In this document: positions 1-8,703 of the stretch, piece after piece
How positions within the stretch are numbered: position 1 is the stretch's first letter
How the letters are laid out: every line of letters begins with the position of its first letter
Program-made: the position numbers and the translations under genes
The notes under the pieces: generated by a model
The model's database searches: none
Told to the model about the DNA's origin: nothing
The model's input: only the letters and a program-made list of their open reading frames with translations
NCBI GenBank assembly: GCA_012838175.1
Contig: DUPU01000107.1
Coordinates: 1 to 57,290, forward strand
Direction of reading: 5' to 3'
Source of the DNA: Clostridia bacterium
GTDB taxonomy: Bacteria; Bacillota; Dehalobacteriia; Dehalobacteriales; Dehalobacteriaceae
DNA length: 57,290 nucleotides

Positions 1-14
1 CATCGAAGTTTATT

Positions 15-91
15 TGGGGTGGATGAAGGGATTTGAACCCTCGGGTGCCGGAGCCACAATCCGGTGCGTTAACCGCTTCGCCACATCCACC
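15..91 (-). tRNA. tRNA-His (anticodon GTG)
   Basis: The reverse complement folds as a cloverleaf. Acceptor GTGGATG/CATCCAC, anticodon stem CCGGA/TCCGG with loop TTGTGGC, T-loop GGTTCAAATCC, encoded CCA, and the extra 5' G typical of tRNA-His. Confidence 0.9.
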
Positions 92-117
92 ATAAAGTTT
101 TCGTAACCGCAAAAACA

Positions 118-146
118 ATATTAACAAACCAATAATAAAATGTCAA
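118..146 (-). promoter_or_regulatory. Sigma-A type promoter for tRNA-His (TTGACA-N17-TAATAT)
   Basis: The minus strand reads TTGACA (141-146), a 17-nt spacer, then TAATAT (118-123), about 25 nt upstream of the tRNA-His 5' end. Confidence 0.55.
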
Positions 147-185
147 GGGAACAACATAAACTAATTTTTGATAAATTTCCAGGTT

Positions 186-211
186 AAAAAAGCGCCTTCC
201 AGCGCTTTTTT
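186..211. terminator. Bidirectional rho-independent terminator hairpin between tRNA-Arg and tRNA-His
   Basis: AAAAAAGCGC-CTTCCA-GCGCTTTTTT. A GC stem flanked by an A-run and a T-run. Confidence 0.6.
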
Positions 212-217
212 CTTTTC

Positions 218-294
218 TGGCGCGCCTGAAGGGACTCGAACCCCTGGCACACGGATTAGAAGTCCGTTGCTCTATCCACCTGAGCTACAGGCGC
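218..294 (-). tRNA. tRNA-Arg (anticodon TCT)
   Basis: The reverse complement is GCGCCTGTAGCTCAGGTGGATAGAGC...ACGGA-CTTCTAA-TCCGT...GGTTCGAGTCC...CAGGCGCGCCA, a cloverleaf with encoded CCA. Confidence 0.9.
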
Positions 295-318
295 ATAATA
301 AAACCTTCTAAAAATTAT

Positions 319-392
<74 letters not shown>

Positions 393-612
393 ATGCAGTT
401 TCTCTCGAACTGACAAAGACTAGTATAACCTAAACAGATTCTAAGGTCAAAAACGATTTACCCGCCACCAAAGGCCGCTAACGGCGTTCCCGTTCAAAAT
501 AGTCCGTTTTCCATCAAGTATCTCTGTCTTTTGCAGTTTTTTGCCTTCCTTTTATCCAAGAACATTCCTGTAGCACCCTGACCCTATTAGATTATTTCCC
601 AATATGGAATCT

Positions 613-1218
613 TTATACCGACTTGGATAATATTTTTTCCAGTATGGGTAGAACGGCTTTAAATGCTTTTCCCCGGTGACTGACAAGGTTTTTCTCTCCC
701 AAGGACAACTGGGCCATGGTCTTTCCCCATTCCGGCAAGAAAAACAATGGATCATAGCCAAAGCCGTTAGTTCCTCTGGCCTCTGTTAAGATTTGTCCCT
801 CACAAAAACCCTCACAGTACTCCACCTGTCCGGAAGGTTCCGCCACAGCAATGGTACAGCAAAACCTGGCAGTTCTTTGGTGTCCGGGTACACCATCCAG
901 CATTTTCAACAGCTTCTCATTATTCTTTTGGTCTGTCGCCCCTTCCCCGGCAAAACGGGCAGAGTGGACTCCAGGCAATCCGCCTAAGTAATCTACCACC
1001 AATCCGGAATCATCTGCCAAAGCCACCAGCCCGGTTTTCTCAGCAGCAGAAACAGCCTTCAACCTGGCATTTTCCCGAAAAGTCGTCCCGGTTTCGGGTA
1101 CTGCAGGAAGGGCGGGAAAATCTTTCAGAGATAAAACCACCCAGGGGTAACCGGTGCTTAAGCTCCTAAATTCATGGAGTTTTCCCGGGTTTTTCGTTGC
1201 CAGTATGATCTTTTTCAT
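613..1218 (-). CDS. rdgB: Non-canonical purine NTP pyrophosphatase (RdgB/HAM1 family)
   Basis: 201 aa. N-terminal [13 protein letters not shown] motif and FGYDPLF motif. 4-nt overlap with upstream rph, the classic rph-rdgB pair. Confidence 0.9.
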   Translation of the reverse strand: MKKIILATKNPGKLHEFRSLSTGYPWVVLSLKDFPALPAVPETGTTFRENARLKAVSAAEKTGLVALADDSGLVVDYLGGLPGVHSARFAGEGATDQKNNEKLLKMLDGVPGHQRTARFCCTIAVAEPSGQVEYCEGFCEGQILTEARGTNGFGYDPLFFLPEWGKTMAQLSLGEKNLVSHRGKAFKAVLPILEKILSKSV

Positions 1219-1955
1219 TGGTTATCTCCCGAGTTTAAATTTAAGTCTAAAACTTTTTTTTGCATCTCAATCAACTCTATGATTCCTTTTTCCGCCATCC
1301 TCAGCATCCGGGTCATTTCATCCCGAGTAAAAGGCTCTGCCTCTGCCGTTCCCTGCACCTCGACAAATTTTCCCGCACCGGTCATGACTATATTCATGTC
1401 CACTTCTGCCTGGGAATCCTCTGCAAAATTTAGATCTAAAAGCAGTTCCCCGTTAACCTTGCCCACACTGGTAGCTGCCAGCCAGTCCAGGATGGGCAGA
1501 CTGGGCCATTGTTCCGCTTCCTGCAATTTAACCAAAGCATCTGCCAAGGCGATAAAACTGCCGGTAATGGAAGCAGTCCTGGTTCCGCCGTCTGCTTGAA
1601 TTACATCACAATCTATGTAAATTGTCCGCTCCCCTAACTTAGTTAAATCTACCACAGACCTTAAAGACCGGCCGATCAGCCTTTGAATTTCATGAGTCCG
1701 TCCGGCAATCTTGCCCTTGGCGGATTCACGAATGGTCCTCACCTCCGTAGCCCTGGGAAGCATGGCATATTCCGCCGTAACCCAACCTTGAGAGGTCCCC
1801 TTTAGAAAAGGAGGTACCTTATCATCCACTGAAGCAGAACAAATCACCTTGGTATCTCCGATTTCAATAAAAACAGAACCCTCCGCATTTTTCAAGTAAC
1901 CTCTGGTAATTTTTACCGGCCTTAATTCTTCCGCTTGTCTTCCGTCTACCCGCAT
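1215..1955 (-). CDS. rph: Ribonuclease PH
   Basis: 246 aa. [20 protein letters not shown]...[18 protein letters not shown] and [18 protein letters not shown] are typical RNase PH sequences. Confidence 0.95.
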   Translation of the reverse strand: MRVDGRQAEELRPVKITRGYLKNAEGSVFIEIGDTKVICSASVDDKVPPFLKGTSQGWVTAEYAMLPRATEVRTIRESAKGKIAGRTHEIQRLIGRSLRSVVDLTKLGERTIYIDCDVIQADGGTRTASITGSFIALADALVKLQEAEQWPSLPILDWLAATSVGKVNGELLLDLNFAEDSQAEVDMNIVMTGAGKFVEVQGTAEAEPFTRDEMTRMLRMAEKGIIELIEMQKKVLDLNLNSGDNQ

Positions 1956-2227
1956 TCTTTTATCTCCTCTCGCCTAGCTTGGCTGCCTTCACCCATATTT
2001 TAGTATAGCATTTAATCCTCTCCCGGTAAAGAAGGCAAACCCTGATAATGCCGAACCTGCGGCGGACTAACTATCGGTTGAACCAAAAAGTTCCTTTATG
2101 GAACAATCAACCTTGCCAGTCTTTTTAAACCGCAGGTCCTAAATATATTTTCTCCTATATAATCTGAAATATTTTAGAAAACTTTTGCTTGCCTAATGTA
2201 AATTTTGCCTAACTTTAATAAAACTAC

Positions 2228-2989
2228 TTATGTTCTTCCGTAAATGCAGCAGCCGATAGCCCCGTTAAACTGGGGTTCCGGCGGGACAATAACCTCTACC
2301 CCAAATTCTCTTTCTATAATTCTTTTTATCGCCGGATTAAAAGCCACTCCACCGGTAAAGACTATGGACTCACTTATTAATTGCGTTAACATGGGTTTAA
2401 CCCGGTTCACAATGGTTTGGTTTACCCCGGCAGCCAGTCTTTCCACCGGTATCCCTTCAATAATTTTGCCGATTAGTTCTGATTCTCCGAAAACGGCACA
2501 AGTGGAGGACAACTCTACCGGATCTTCTTCATGCCTGCCCAGTTCTTCCAATGTTATCCCTAAAACCCGGGACATATTCTCCAAAAACCTTCCCGAACTG
2601 GCAGCACATTTATCATTGGTCTGAAAATCCAGCATTCTTCCTTTTACCACTTTCACAATTTTACTGTCCTGACCTCCCAGGTCCATTAAGGTAAAGGTAT
2701 CCAGTCCGGTTTGGTGCAGGGCACCTAAGACATGGGCCTTTATTTCCGGGATTACCAGGCCGCCTTCTACCTTTATGGTTAACCTTCCGTATCCGGTAGA
2801 TACCACCTTTCCCTTTGTTTCCATGTGTAGCTTGTCAAAATCAATGCGTAGTTCGTTGTTCACCAATTGACCGTACTGCCGGTAAAACTCAATGGTATCA
2901 AAGCGACGGAAATTCCATCCCTTTTCATTTTCCCAGGCAATTTTTACATGCCTGCTGCCTAAATCAATTCCCAAGGTCACCTGTTTCAC
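2228..2989 (-). CDS. BadF/BadG/BcrA/BcrD-type ATPase (2-hydroxyacyl-CoA dehydratase activase, HgdC-like)
   Basis: 253 aa. GIDLGSRHVK and DLGGQDSK actin-fold ATPase motifs. Conserved Cys (KCAASSG) for the bridging [4Fe-4S] cluster. 4-nt overlap with the upstream dehydratase-like gene. Confidence 0.85.
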   Translation of the reverse strand: MKQVTLGIDLGSRHVKIAWENEKGWNFRRFDTIEFYRQYGQLVNNELRIDFDKLHMETKGKVVSTGYGRLTIKVEGGLVIPEIKAHVLGALHQTGLDTFTLMDLGGQDSKIVKVVKGRMLDFQTNDKCAASSGRFLENMSRVLGITLEELGRHEEDPVELSSTCAVFGESELIGKIIEGIPVERLAAGVNQTIVNRVKPMLTQLISESIVFTGGVAFNPAIKRIIEREFGVEVIVPPEPQFNGAIGCCIYGRT

Positions 2990-4008
2990 CTCATCATATC
3001 CAGAAATGAATCGATTCTCATTTTACTTCTGGCATCCACCGGTCCGGGCCGGTCCCCTTCCAGACTGAGAATGGGGATTTTTATTTTGTTCCGGAAAATA
3101 ATATCCTCTATCTGACGGAAACAAAAACTCTGGGTATAGTGAATGAGCATATCTATATTTCTTCTTTCAATTTCCCGTTGGACATCCTCTAACCGGTAAA
3201 AAACATGATACGGATATGTATATAAACGGTATTGTTCAATCAGGTCTTCTGTGGAAAAAGGCATGGTAAACTGCCTTTGCACCTCATTGAAAACCACCCG
3301 CCCCCCTCTTTCCTCTAAATAATGATAAATATCGGTAATAATGGGAGGGACCCCGATGAACCCGATTCTAATCTCATTTTCAAAAGGTGTTCTTTCCTGT
3401 ACTTGCTCAATAAATGCCTTTGCTTCTTCCGCAAATACGGTCGGATTCCCATTAAAATCACTGCAACTAACTTGAAAAAGATGGTTTTCCCATCCGCTAA
3501 CCAGGTTTTCCTCATAGGTTAATCGGTCAATTTCCCATACCAATTGACGTACCCGATCCAGATCCTCTTTTGTTTTATTCACTTCACCCCAATTGGTGCC
3601 TAAACGGTCCATCAGCTTTTCTATCTGCAATTTCAGTAAATCCCGGTCCCGATCGAAGGGAAAAGCAAAAGGAATTATTTCAATACCCGCCAATTCCAAA
3701 GTTTCCATTAATGCATGGGTATTGGAACAATCCCCCTGGGTTACCGCAATCACCTTGTTAATCTCCGGTTCCGATAAAACCGTGCCGTAAATCCCTTTGA
3801 TCCACCCGCACAAATTCCGGGGATACCCGGCCAATTCCGCTTTCTCAATATATTTATGGGTTTCCTTACCCGTAATAAATACATTATTTAAATCTACCGG
3901 GATATATCCTCCGGCATAGATTACTTCCACCGGAACGGTAGTTGTCAATCCAATCTTTTCTGCCAAATAAGCCACCCCATCTCTGTCACTTAACTCTAGT
4001 TTCTTCAT
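2986..4008 (-). CDS. 2-hydroxyacyl-CoA dehydratase family protein (HgdB/BcrC D-component-like), single subunit
   Basis: Conserved Cys contexts NLCGWIKG, QGDCSNTH and QSFCFRQ, and overall family-like sequence. The track ORF extends to 4110, but that part overlaps the amidase 3' end. The ATG at 4006-4008 (MKKLELSD) is the more likely start, although no clear SD precedes it. Confidence 0.75.
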   Translation of the reverse strand: MKKLELSDRDGVAYLAEKIGLTTTVPVEVIYAGGYIPVDLNNVFITGKETHKYIEKAELAGYPRNLCGWIKGIYGTVLSEPEINKVIAVTQGDCSNTHALMETLELAGIEIIPFAFPFDRDRDLLKLQIEKLMDRLGTNWGEVNKTKEDLDRVRQLVWEIDRLTYEENLVSGWENHLFQVSCSDFNGNPTVFAEEAKAFIEQVQERTPFENEIRIGFIGVPPIITDIYHYLEERGGRVVFNEVQRQFTMPFSTEDLIEQYRLYTYPYHVFYRLEDVQREIERRNIDMLIHYTQSFCFRQIEDIIFRNKIKIPILSLEGDRPGPVDARSKMRIDSFLDMMR

Positions 4009-4042
4009 TTTATTATAAACAAAATCAGTAGAGAAAAACCGA

Positions 4043-5497
4043 TTATGGATAAAGAAAATTCCAGATTCCTTCCCCGATAGCCTGAGCTGCTTTGAACTGA
4101 AATTGTTCATTAGATAATAATTTTTCCTCTTCCGGGTTGGAGATAAAGGCTATTTCTACCAAAACAGCCGGAACTTGGGCCGTGCGTAAAACAGCAAAGT
4201 TTTCTTCCCTGACACCCAGGTTTCTTCTTCCCAAAGCGGCCAGTAATTTATCCTGCACAGACTGGGCTAAAAGCTTACGTTTCTCTCGTTGCTCCGCCCA
4301 ATCGCTGCCTGTAGGCGCATAAAAATAAGTGCTTGTCCCGCTGATACTACTGCTGACAGATGAATTGGCATGGATACTGACAAAAGCATCCGCCCCGGCT
4401 TCATTTGCCATTTCCCCTCTCTCTTCCAGAGTCAGATACGCCTCTTTTGTCCTGGTCATAATCACCTGAACCCCTTTTTCCGCCAGCCACTTTTCCACCA
4501 ACTGACCGATTTTCAAAACAATCTCGCTTTCATGCTGTCCTCCGGGACCAATGGCACCGGTATCATACCCCCGGGAACTAATGTTTCCGTGTCCCGGATC
4601 AATCACCACGATTTTTTTCCCTTCTTCAATAAACAATTTATCTTTCGGGCACATGACATCAATAATTAGATGACACCCGTCACTGCTTAAGGAGGTTTGA
4701 TAGCTTATTGAGTCATCAAGGTCCACCTGAAATAAGGTACCGATTTCACCTTTTGCCGTGCTGATTTTCTGCACACCGCCATAATTAATATTCTCTACTC
4801 CTAAAGGACTTTGCCAGGGACCTCCGAATTCCAGCATAATTTTAGGATTACCCTCAAATGTTTTTTCCGAAAAACCTAAAGGTTCGCTCCCGCAAACCTT
4901 AATTTGCACACCGGACGGAATTTTTTCCCAACCCCAGCTAATCCCCGGACTTTCCGGTTTCTCCGGTAAAGCCGGAAACTCATTATTGGCTGATGAAGCG
5001 GGTTCAGCGGAAACATCGGTTTTCGGAAGTGCTGTAACCAGCCAGCCCGCTACCCAGCCTTTACCCCCCGGATAAATGACTTGATACCAATCTCCCTCAA
5101 AACCAACAGCTTTAATTCTCGTACCGTTTGGCAGTGAAGACACCTTTGTATAATCAGTGCCGGGACCGGAGCGAATATTAACTACTCTTCCCTGTATCTC
5201 CAATTCTATATAATTCAAGGAAACATAGTCCTTAATTACCCACCCGACAGTCCCATTGCTTAACTTTATTCTATACCAGCCATTTTTTTCTTCTTCCACC
5301 TTAAACTCACGACCCAGTTTAACCTGCCCTATAAGGGGGAAGTTGACACCCGGACCGGACCGGACATTTAAAACCTGGGTATTAACAATGAGCATTTCCT
5401 CACCCCAAACCGGCAAAGGAAAAAACAGAATCAGGAAAGACAAAAAAGACGCCGTTAAAAGGGGAACTATTTTTTGAAGTGATTTTCCGGCAATCAT
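4043..5497 (-). CDS. N-acetylmuramoyl-L-alanine amidase (Amidase_3) with N-terminal signal/TM and two SH3b-like domains
   Basis: C-terminal VVIDPGHGN...SIHANS...RTAQVPAVLVE amidase_3 motifs. Repeated VNVRSGPG/VNIRSGPG SH3b motifs. Start chosen at MIAGKS (5497), which follows GGAGGT. Confidence 0.85.
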   Translation of the reverse strand: MIAGKSLQKIVPLLTASFLSFLILFFPLPVWGEEMLIVNTQVLNVRSGPGVNFPLIGQVKLGREFKVEEEKNGWYRIKLSNGTVGWVIKDYVSLNYIELEIQGRVVNIRSGPGTDYTKVSSLPNGTRIKAVGFEGDWYQVIYPGGKGWVAGWLVTALPKTDVSAEPASSANNEFPALPEKPESPGISWGWEKIPSGVQIKVCGSEPLGFSEKTFEGNPKIMLEFGGPWQSPLGVENINYGGVQKISTAKGEIGTLFQVDLDDSISYQTSLSSDGCHLIIDVMCPKDKLFIEEGKKIVVIDPGHGNISSRGYDTGAIGPGGQHESEIVLKIGQLVEKWLAEKGVQVIMTRTKEAYLTLEERGEMANEAGADAFVSIHANSSVSSSISGTSTYFYAPTGSDWAEQREKRKLLAQSVQDKLLAALGRRNLGVREENFAVLRTAQVPAVLVEIAFISNPEEEKLLSNEQFQFKAAQAIGEGIWNFLYP

Positions 5498-5614
5498 CTT
5501 ACTTATAACCTCCGCAAATACCAATAAACCATACTAAAGTTTCTCGATTTTTTGTGACTTTCCTTCTAAAATTCCCCAATTATTTTTATAATTTCCCCAT
5601 AAATCTTTCCATAA

Positions 5615-5640
5615 GAAAAAGCGCAATAATCTTGCGCCTT
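5615..5640 (-). terminator. Rho-independent terminator after gerM
   Basis: The minus strand reads AAGGCGCAAGATTATTGCGCTTTTTCTT, a hairpin plus T-run. Confidence 0.6.
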
Positions 5641-5695
5641 TACTCTATTATTCATTATTAACAGTAATCAAACTTTTCTCCAAGAATTCTCTTTG

Positions 5696-6319
5696 CTATC
5701 TGTCCAAAATAATCTCTTCATTTCGTGCCATGGTAGTGGATACATCCAAGTGGCCGGCAATGGTTTCCACTTTTTGCCCGTCTACTAGGATTTGCACTTC
5801 CTGAATGGTGGGGAACTGGGTGAGGGTATTAACCACAGAGTAAACTGTCATTTCTTCATTCAGGGAGCCTCCGGGATGATTAACTACCAACTCACCGCTA
5901 AAATCAACAATGCATACCCCGTCCGGACGCACATTAATATCCAAAAGTTCCGTCCCAACGGGAATAGTGGGCAATAAACCCGATTCCACACTGGGTCCGG
6001 CAATCAATTCCTGCATCGCAGCCCGGGCAATTCCTTCTACCTTAGGTATCTCTCTTGTTTCACACACTAAGTACTGTCCTGACTCATCACTGAAATATAA
6101 GGCAATCTCTTTTGTTTCCCCAAACAATACCTCATTAATAAATTCCGTACCTTCCAAACCTTCAAGACTCTCGGTAGCAGGTGTTTCCTCATCTCCGGCA
6201 TTTTTCCATGCCTGGAGCCGGTCAATCAAAGCACAGCCGGCTGTCAATGTAACCAAAAAAACCAACAACAACATAAAACTAATTTTAAAAATTCTGTGTC
6301 TACCGAAAAAAAGCTTCAT
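5696..6319 (-). CDS. gerM: GerM-domain sporulation/germination lipoprotein
   Basis: 207 aa. Signal peptide with lipobox LTAGC. GerMN-like repeat content. Position next to the amidase and near rph, as in other spore formers. Confidence 0.75.
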   Translation of the reverse strand: MKLFFGRHRIFKISFMLLLVFLVTLTAGCALIDRLQAWKNAGDEETPATESLEGLEGTEFINEVLFGETKEIALYFSDESGQYLVCETREIPKVEGIARAAMQELIAGPSVESGLLPTIPVGTELLDINVRPDGVCIVDFSGELVVNHPGGSLNEEMTVYSVVNTLTQFPTIQEVQILVDGQKVETIAGHLDVSTTMARNEEIILDR

Positions 6320-6416
6320 TTTCTTCTTTCCCTCCTCATACTACTCCTTTAATTTAATAGGCGATTAGTAATATGTATAAGGAAGGAATGATTTTTAGTA
6401 CAAGTTTTTTTTAAAA

Positions 6417-6848
6417 TTAAAGGGAATAAACTTCCTCTTCCGGCAAAACTCTAATGTTATTTTTCTGTAAAACCTCGATCGCTTCGTCAATTTTTTCCAC
6501 CCGGAAAATATTCAGCGCTTCATGTCCGGACTGGCCTAAAAAGGCATACAAGTATTCCAGATTTATTTTTTCTTGATCCAAAATATCCAACACTCGGGCC
6601 AATCCTCCCGGTTTATCCGGCATCTCCACGGCAATTACTTCTGTTGTACTTACGGTAAAGTCATGTTCCTTCAACACTTGATAAGCTTGATCCGGTTTAT
6701 CCACAATCAGCCTCAAAATCCCAAAATCCGAGGTATCAGCAATAGAAAGAGCCCGAATATTCACTCCTGCCTTGGCTAACAATCGGGTCACAGCAGCCAA
6801 ACGTCCGCATTTATTCTCCAAAAAAACGGATATTTGCTTTACAGTCAT
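6417..6848 (-). CDS. ACT domain-containing protein (amino-acid-binding regulatory protein)
   Basis: MTVKQISVFLENKCGRLA is a typical tandem-ACT start. The family is usually found downstream of paaK-type ligases. Start set at M23 (6848), preceded by GAAGGAG. Confidence 0.8.
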   Translation of the reverse strand: MTVKQISVFLENKCGRLAAVTRLLAKAGVNIRALSIADTSDFGILRLIVDKPDQAYQVLKEHDFTVSTTEVIAVEMPDKPGGLARVLDILDQEKINLEYLYAFLGQSGHEALNIFRVEKIDEAIEVLQKNNIRVLPEEEVYSL

Positions 6849-6916
6849 ATTTTTCAACTCCTTCAATTTCATTCCTTTTAATTCCATTGTTATCTTTTCC
6901 CCTCCAAAAGTCAATG

Positions 6917-8215
6917 CTAAAGTTTCCGTTTGTCAGTGACCCGTTTGGCCTTCCCTTCACTACGAGGGAGTTTTTTCGGTTCAACCAAGGTTACCTTGCA
7001 AGATAAGCCCAGAACACTTTCTAACTCATGTTTAATTAAATGCTCCAAATGTTCCAATCCTCTCACCTTATCGGAGAACATCTCATCTGATACCTCCACC
7101 TGTACCTCCAAGGTATCCAAATTATTTTTACGATCTACCACCAAATGGTAATTTGGACTGGCATAACCGCTTTCCAGAAGAACACTTTCCACCTGAGAGG
7201 GAAACACATTGACGCCCCGGATAATCAGCATATCATCACTGCGTCCCATGACCCGGGACATTTTCACATAAGTCCGGCCGCAGGAACATTCCTCCAAATG
7301 CAAGGAGGATAGGTCCCTGGTACGATACCGAATAACAGGAAAACCTTCTTTGGTAATGGTGGTGAATACCAATTCACCTACTTCCCCGTAAGGAAGAACT
7401 TCCCCAGTTTCCGGATTAATAATCTCAGGAATAAAATGATCTTCAAAAACGTGCAGACCGTTTTTCTCGCAGCATTCCATGGCTACCCCAGGACCCATGA
7501 CCTCACTTAAACCGTAAATATCATGAGCGCTTAACCCTAATCTGTCTTCAATCTCTTTTCTCATAGCCTGAGTCCAGGGTTCCGCCCCAAAGATCCCGGC
7601 CTTAAGCTTTATCTCATCTTTTTTTATCCCCAGCTCTTCCATGGTTTCCGCAATAACCAGGGCATAGGAGGGAGTACAGGCCAATGCCGTACTGCCAAAG
7701 TCTTTCATTACCATCACCTGTCTTTTGTTGTTCCCCCCGGAGGTTGGAACAACACAGGCTCCTATCCTTTCCGCCCCATTATGGATGCCTAAGCCGCCGG
7801 TAAATAAACCGTAACCGTAGGAAATCTGGATCACGTCCTGTTTTGTAATCCCAGCAAAGCCTAGAGACCGGGCGGCAAGCTCCGCCCAATTATTCAAATC
7901 CTGGCGGGTATAACCCACCACGATCGGCTTTCCGGTTGTGCCGGAAGATGAATGAATCCGCACAATTTCGCTTAAGGGAGCGGCAAATAAACTATAAGGA
8001 TAGTTGTCTCTTAAATCCGTTTTTACGGTAAAGGGAAGATGGGCTAAATCTTCCAGGGATTGAATGTCATCCGGCTCCACTCCCTTTTCCTGCATAGCCT
8101 TACGGTAATGTGGAACATTATAATATACTCTTTCCACTGTTTGTTTTAAACGTTCCAGTTTTAACTCTTCCAACTCTTCCCGAGGCATACATTCATACTT
8201 CTCATTCCAATACAT
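6917..8215 (-). CDS. paaK: Phenylacetate-CoA ligase (PaaK family aryl-acid adenylating enzyme)
   Basis: [16 protein letters not shown]...[11 protein letters not shown]-binding motif. Length is about 432 aa from the ATG at 8213-8215. The longer track ORF (to 8344) runs into the T-box terminator and is an artefact. Confidence 0.9.
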   Translation of the reverse strand: MYWNEKYECMPREELEELKLERLKQTVERVYYNVPHYRKAMQEKGVEPDDIQSLEDLAHLPFTVKTDLRDNYPYSLFAAPLSEIVRIHSSSGTTGKPIVVGYTRQDLNNWAELAARSLGFAGITKQDVIQISYGYGLFTGGLGIHNGAERIGACVVPTSGGNNKRQVMVMKDFGSTALACTPSYALVIAETMEELGIKKDEIKLKAGIFGAEPWTQAMRKEIEDRLGLSAHDIYGLSEVMGPGVAMECCEKNGLHVFEDHFIPEIINPETGEVLPYGEVGELVFTTITKEGFPVIRYRTRDLSSLHLEECSCGRTYVKMSRVMGRSDDMLIIRGVNVFPSQVESVLLESGYASPNYHLVVDRKNNLDTLEVQVEVSDEMFSDKVRGLEHLEHLIKHELESVLGLSCKVTLVEPKKLPRSEGKAKRVTDKRKL

Positions 8216-8273
8216 TTTAATCACCCCATGTCCAGTTTTATATTTTTTATATATTTTTATATATTGGTATAAT

Positions 8274-8625
8274 AAAAAAAGCACTTCACGTCTTAAGGGA
8301 CGGAAAGTGCACCGCGGTACCACCCAAATTGGTTTGAAACCCACTCATAAGGTACGGGGTAAGATTCTGTTAAGATAAACAAAAAGCTTTTTGTCTAAGG
8401 ACAAAAAGCACCACCTTAAATCACAAAAGTACAGGGCATCATTACCCGATACCTGTCTTCGCTAACGGGAATACCCGGCACAGGCTACTGCCTTAAGAGA
8501 AAACTCCAAGGGTTCACCCTGCAGTTCAAGAGTGAATTTCTGTTAACTTAACTTTGAAATGCTCTCAGTCTCCGGCATTTCTTCCCTGGAAAAGCATCCG
8601 TTAACATACTTGTCTCTGTCATTAC
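8274..8625 (-). promoter_or_regulatory. T-box riboswitch leader (probable Phe, UUC specifier) with terminator/antiterminator
   Basis: On the minus strand, stem I starts with AGAGA..AGTA (about 8607-8620). The specifier loop reads AGAAATTCA (TTC at 8534-8536, followed by A). The T-box sequence AATTTGGGTGGTACCGCG lies at 8313-8330. The terminator GCACTTTCCGTCCCTTAAGACGTGAAGTGC plus T7 lies at 8274-8310. Confidence 0.85.
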
Positions 8626-8647
8626 TTTTGCCTATAAAATTAGTAAT

Positions 8648-8676
8648 AGTTTAGCATAAAGAATTATCCTTGGCAA
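8648..8676 (-). promoter_or_regulatory. Sigma-A type promoter of the T-box/paaK operon
   Basis: The minus strand reads TTGCCA-N17-TAAACT, with a TG two nt upstream of the -10 (extended -10). Confidence 0.5.
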
Positions 8677-8703
8677 TATCTAAGAGAAAAAAGATTTTAA
8701 AGG

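Noticed and set aside
6917-8344. Long N-terminal extension of paaK (track start at 8344) and similar extensions of other genes (4110, 5524, 6914, 38436, 39631, 43055, 48375, 56663)
   Set aside because: The extensions run into a T-box terminator, neighbouring genes or AT-rich leaders, and they lack an RBS. Internal ATGs with Shine-Dalgarno sequences match the typical family N-termini.
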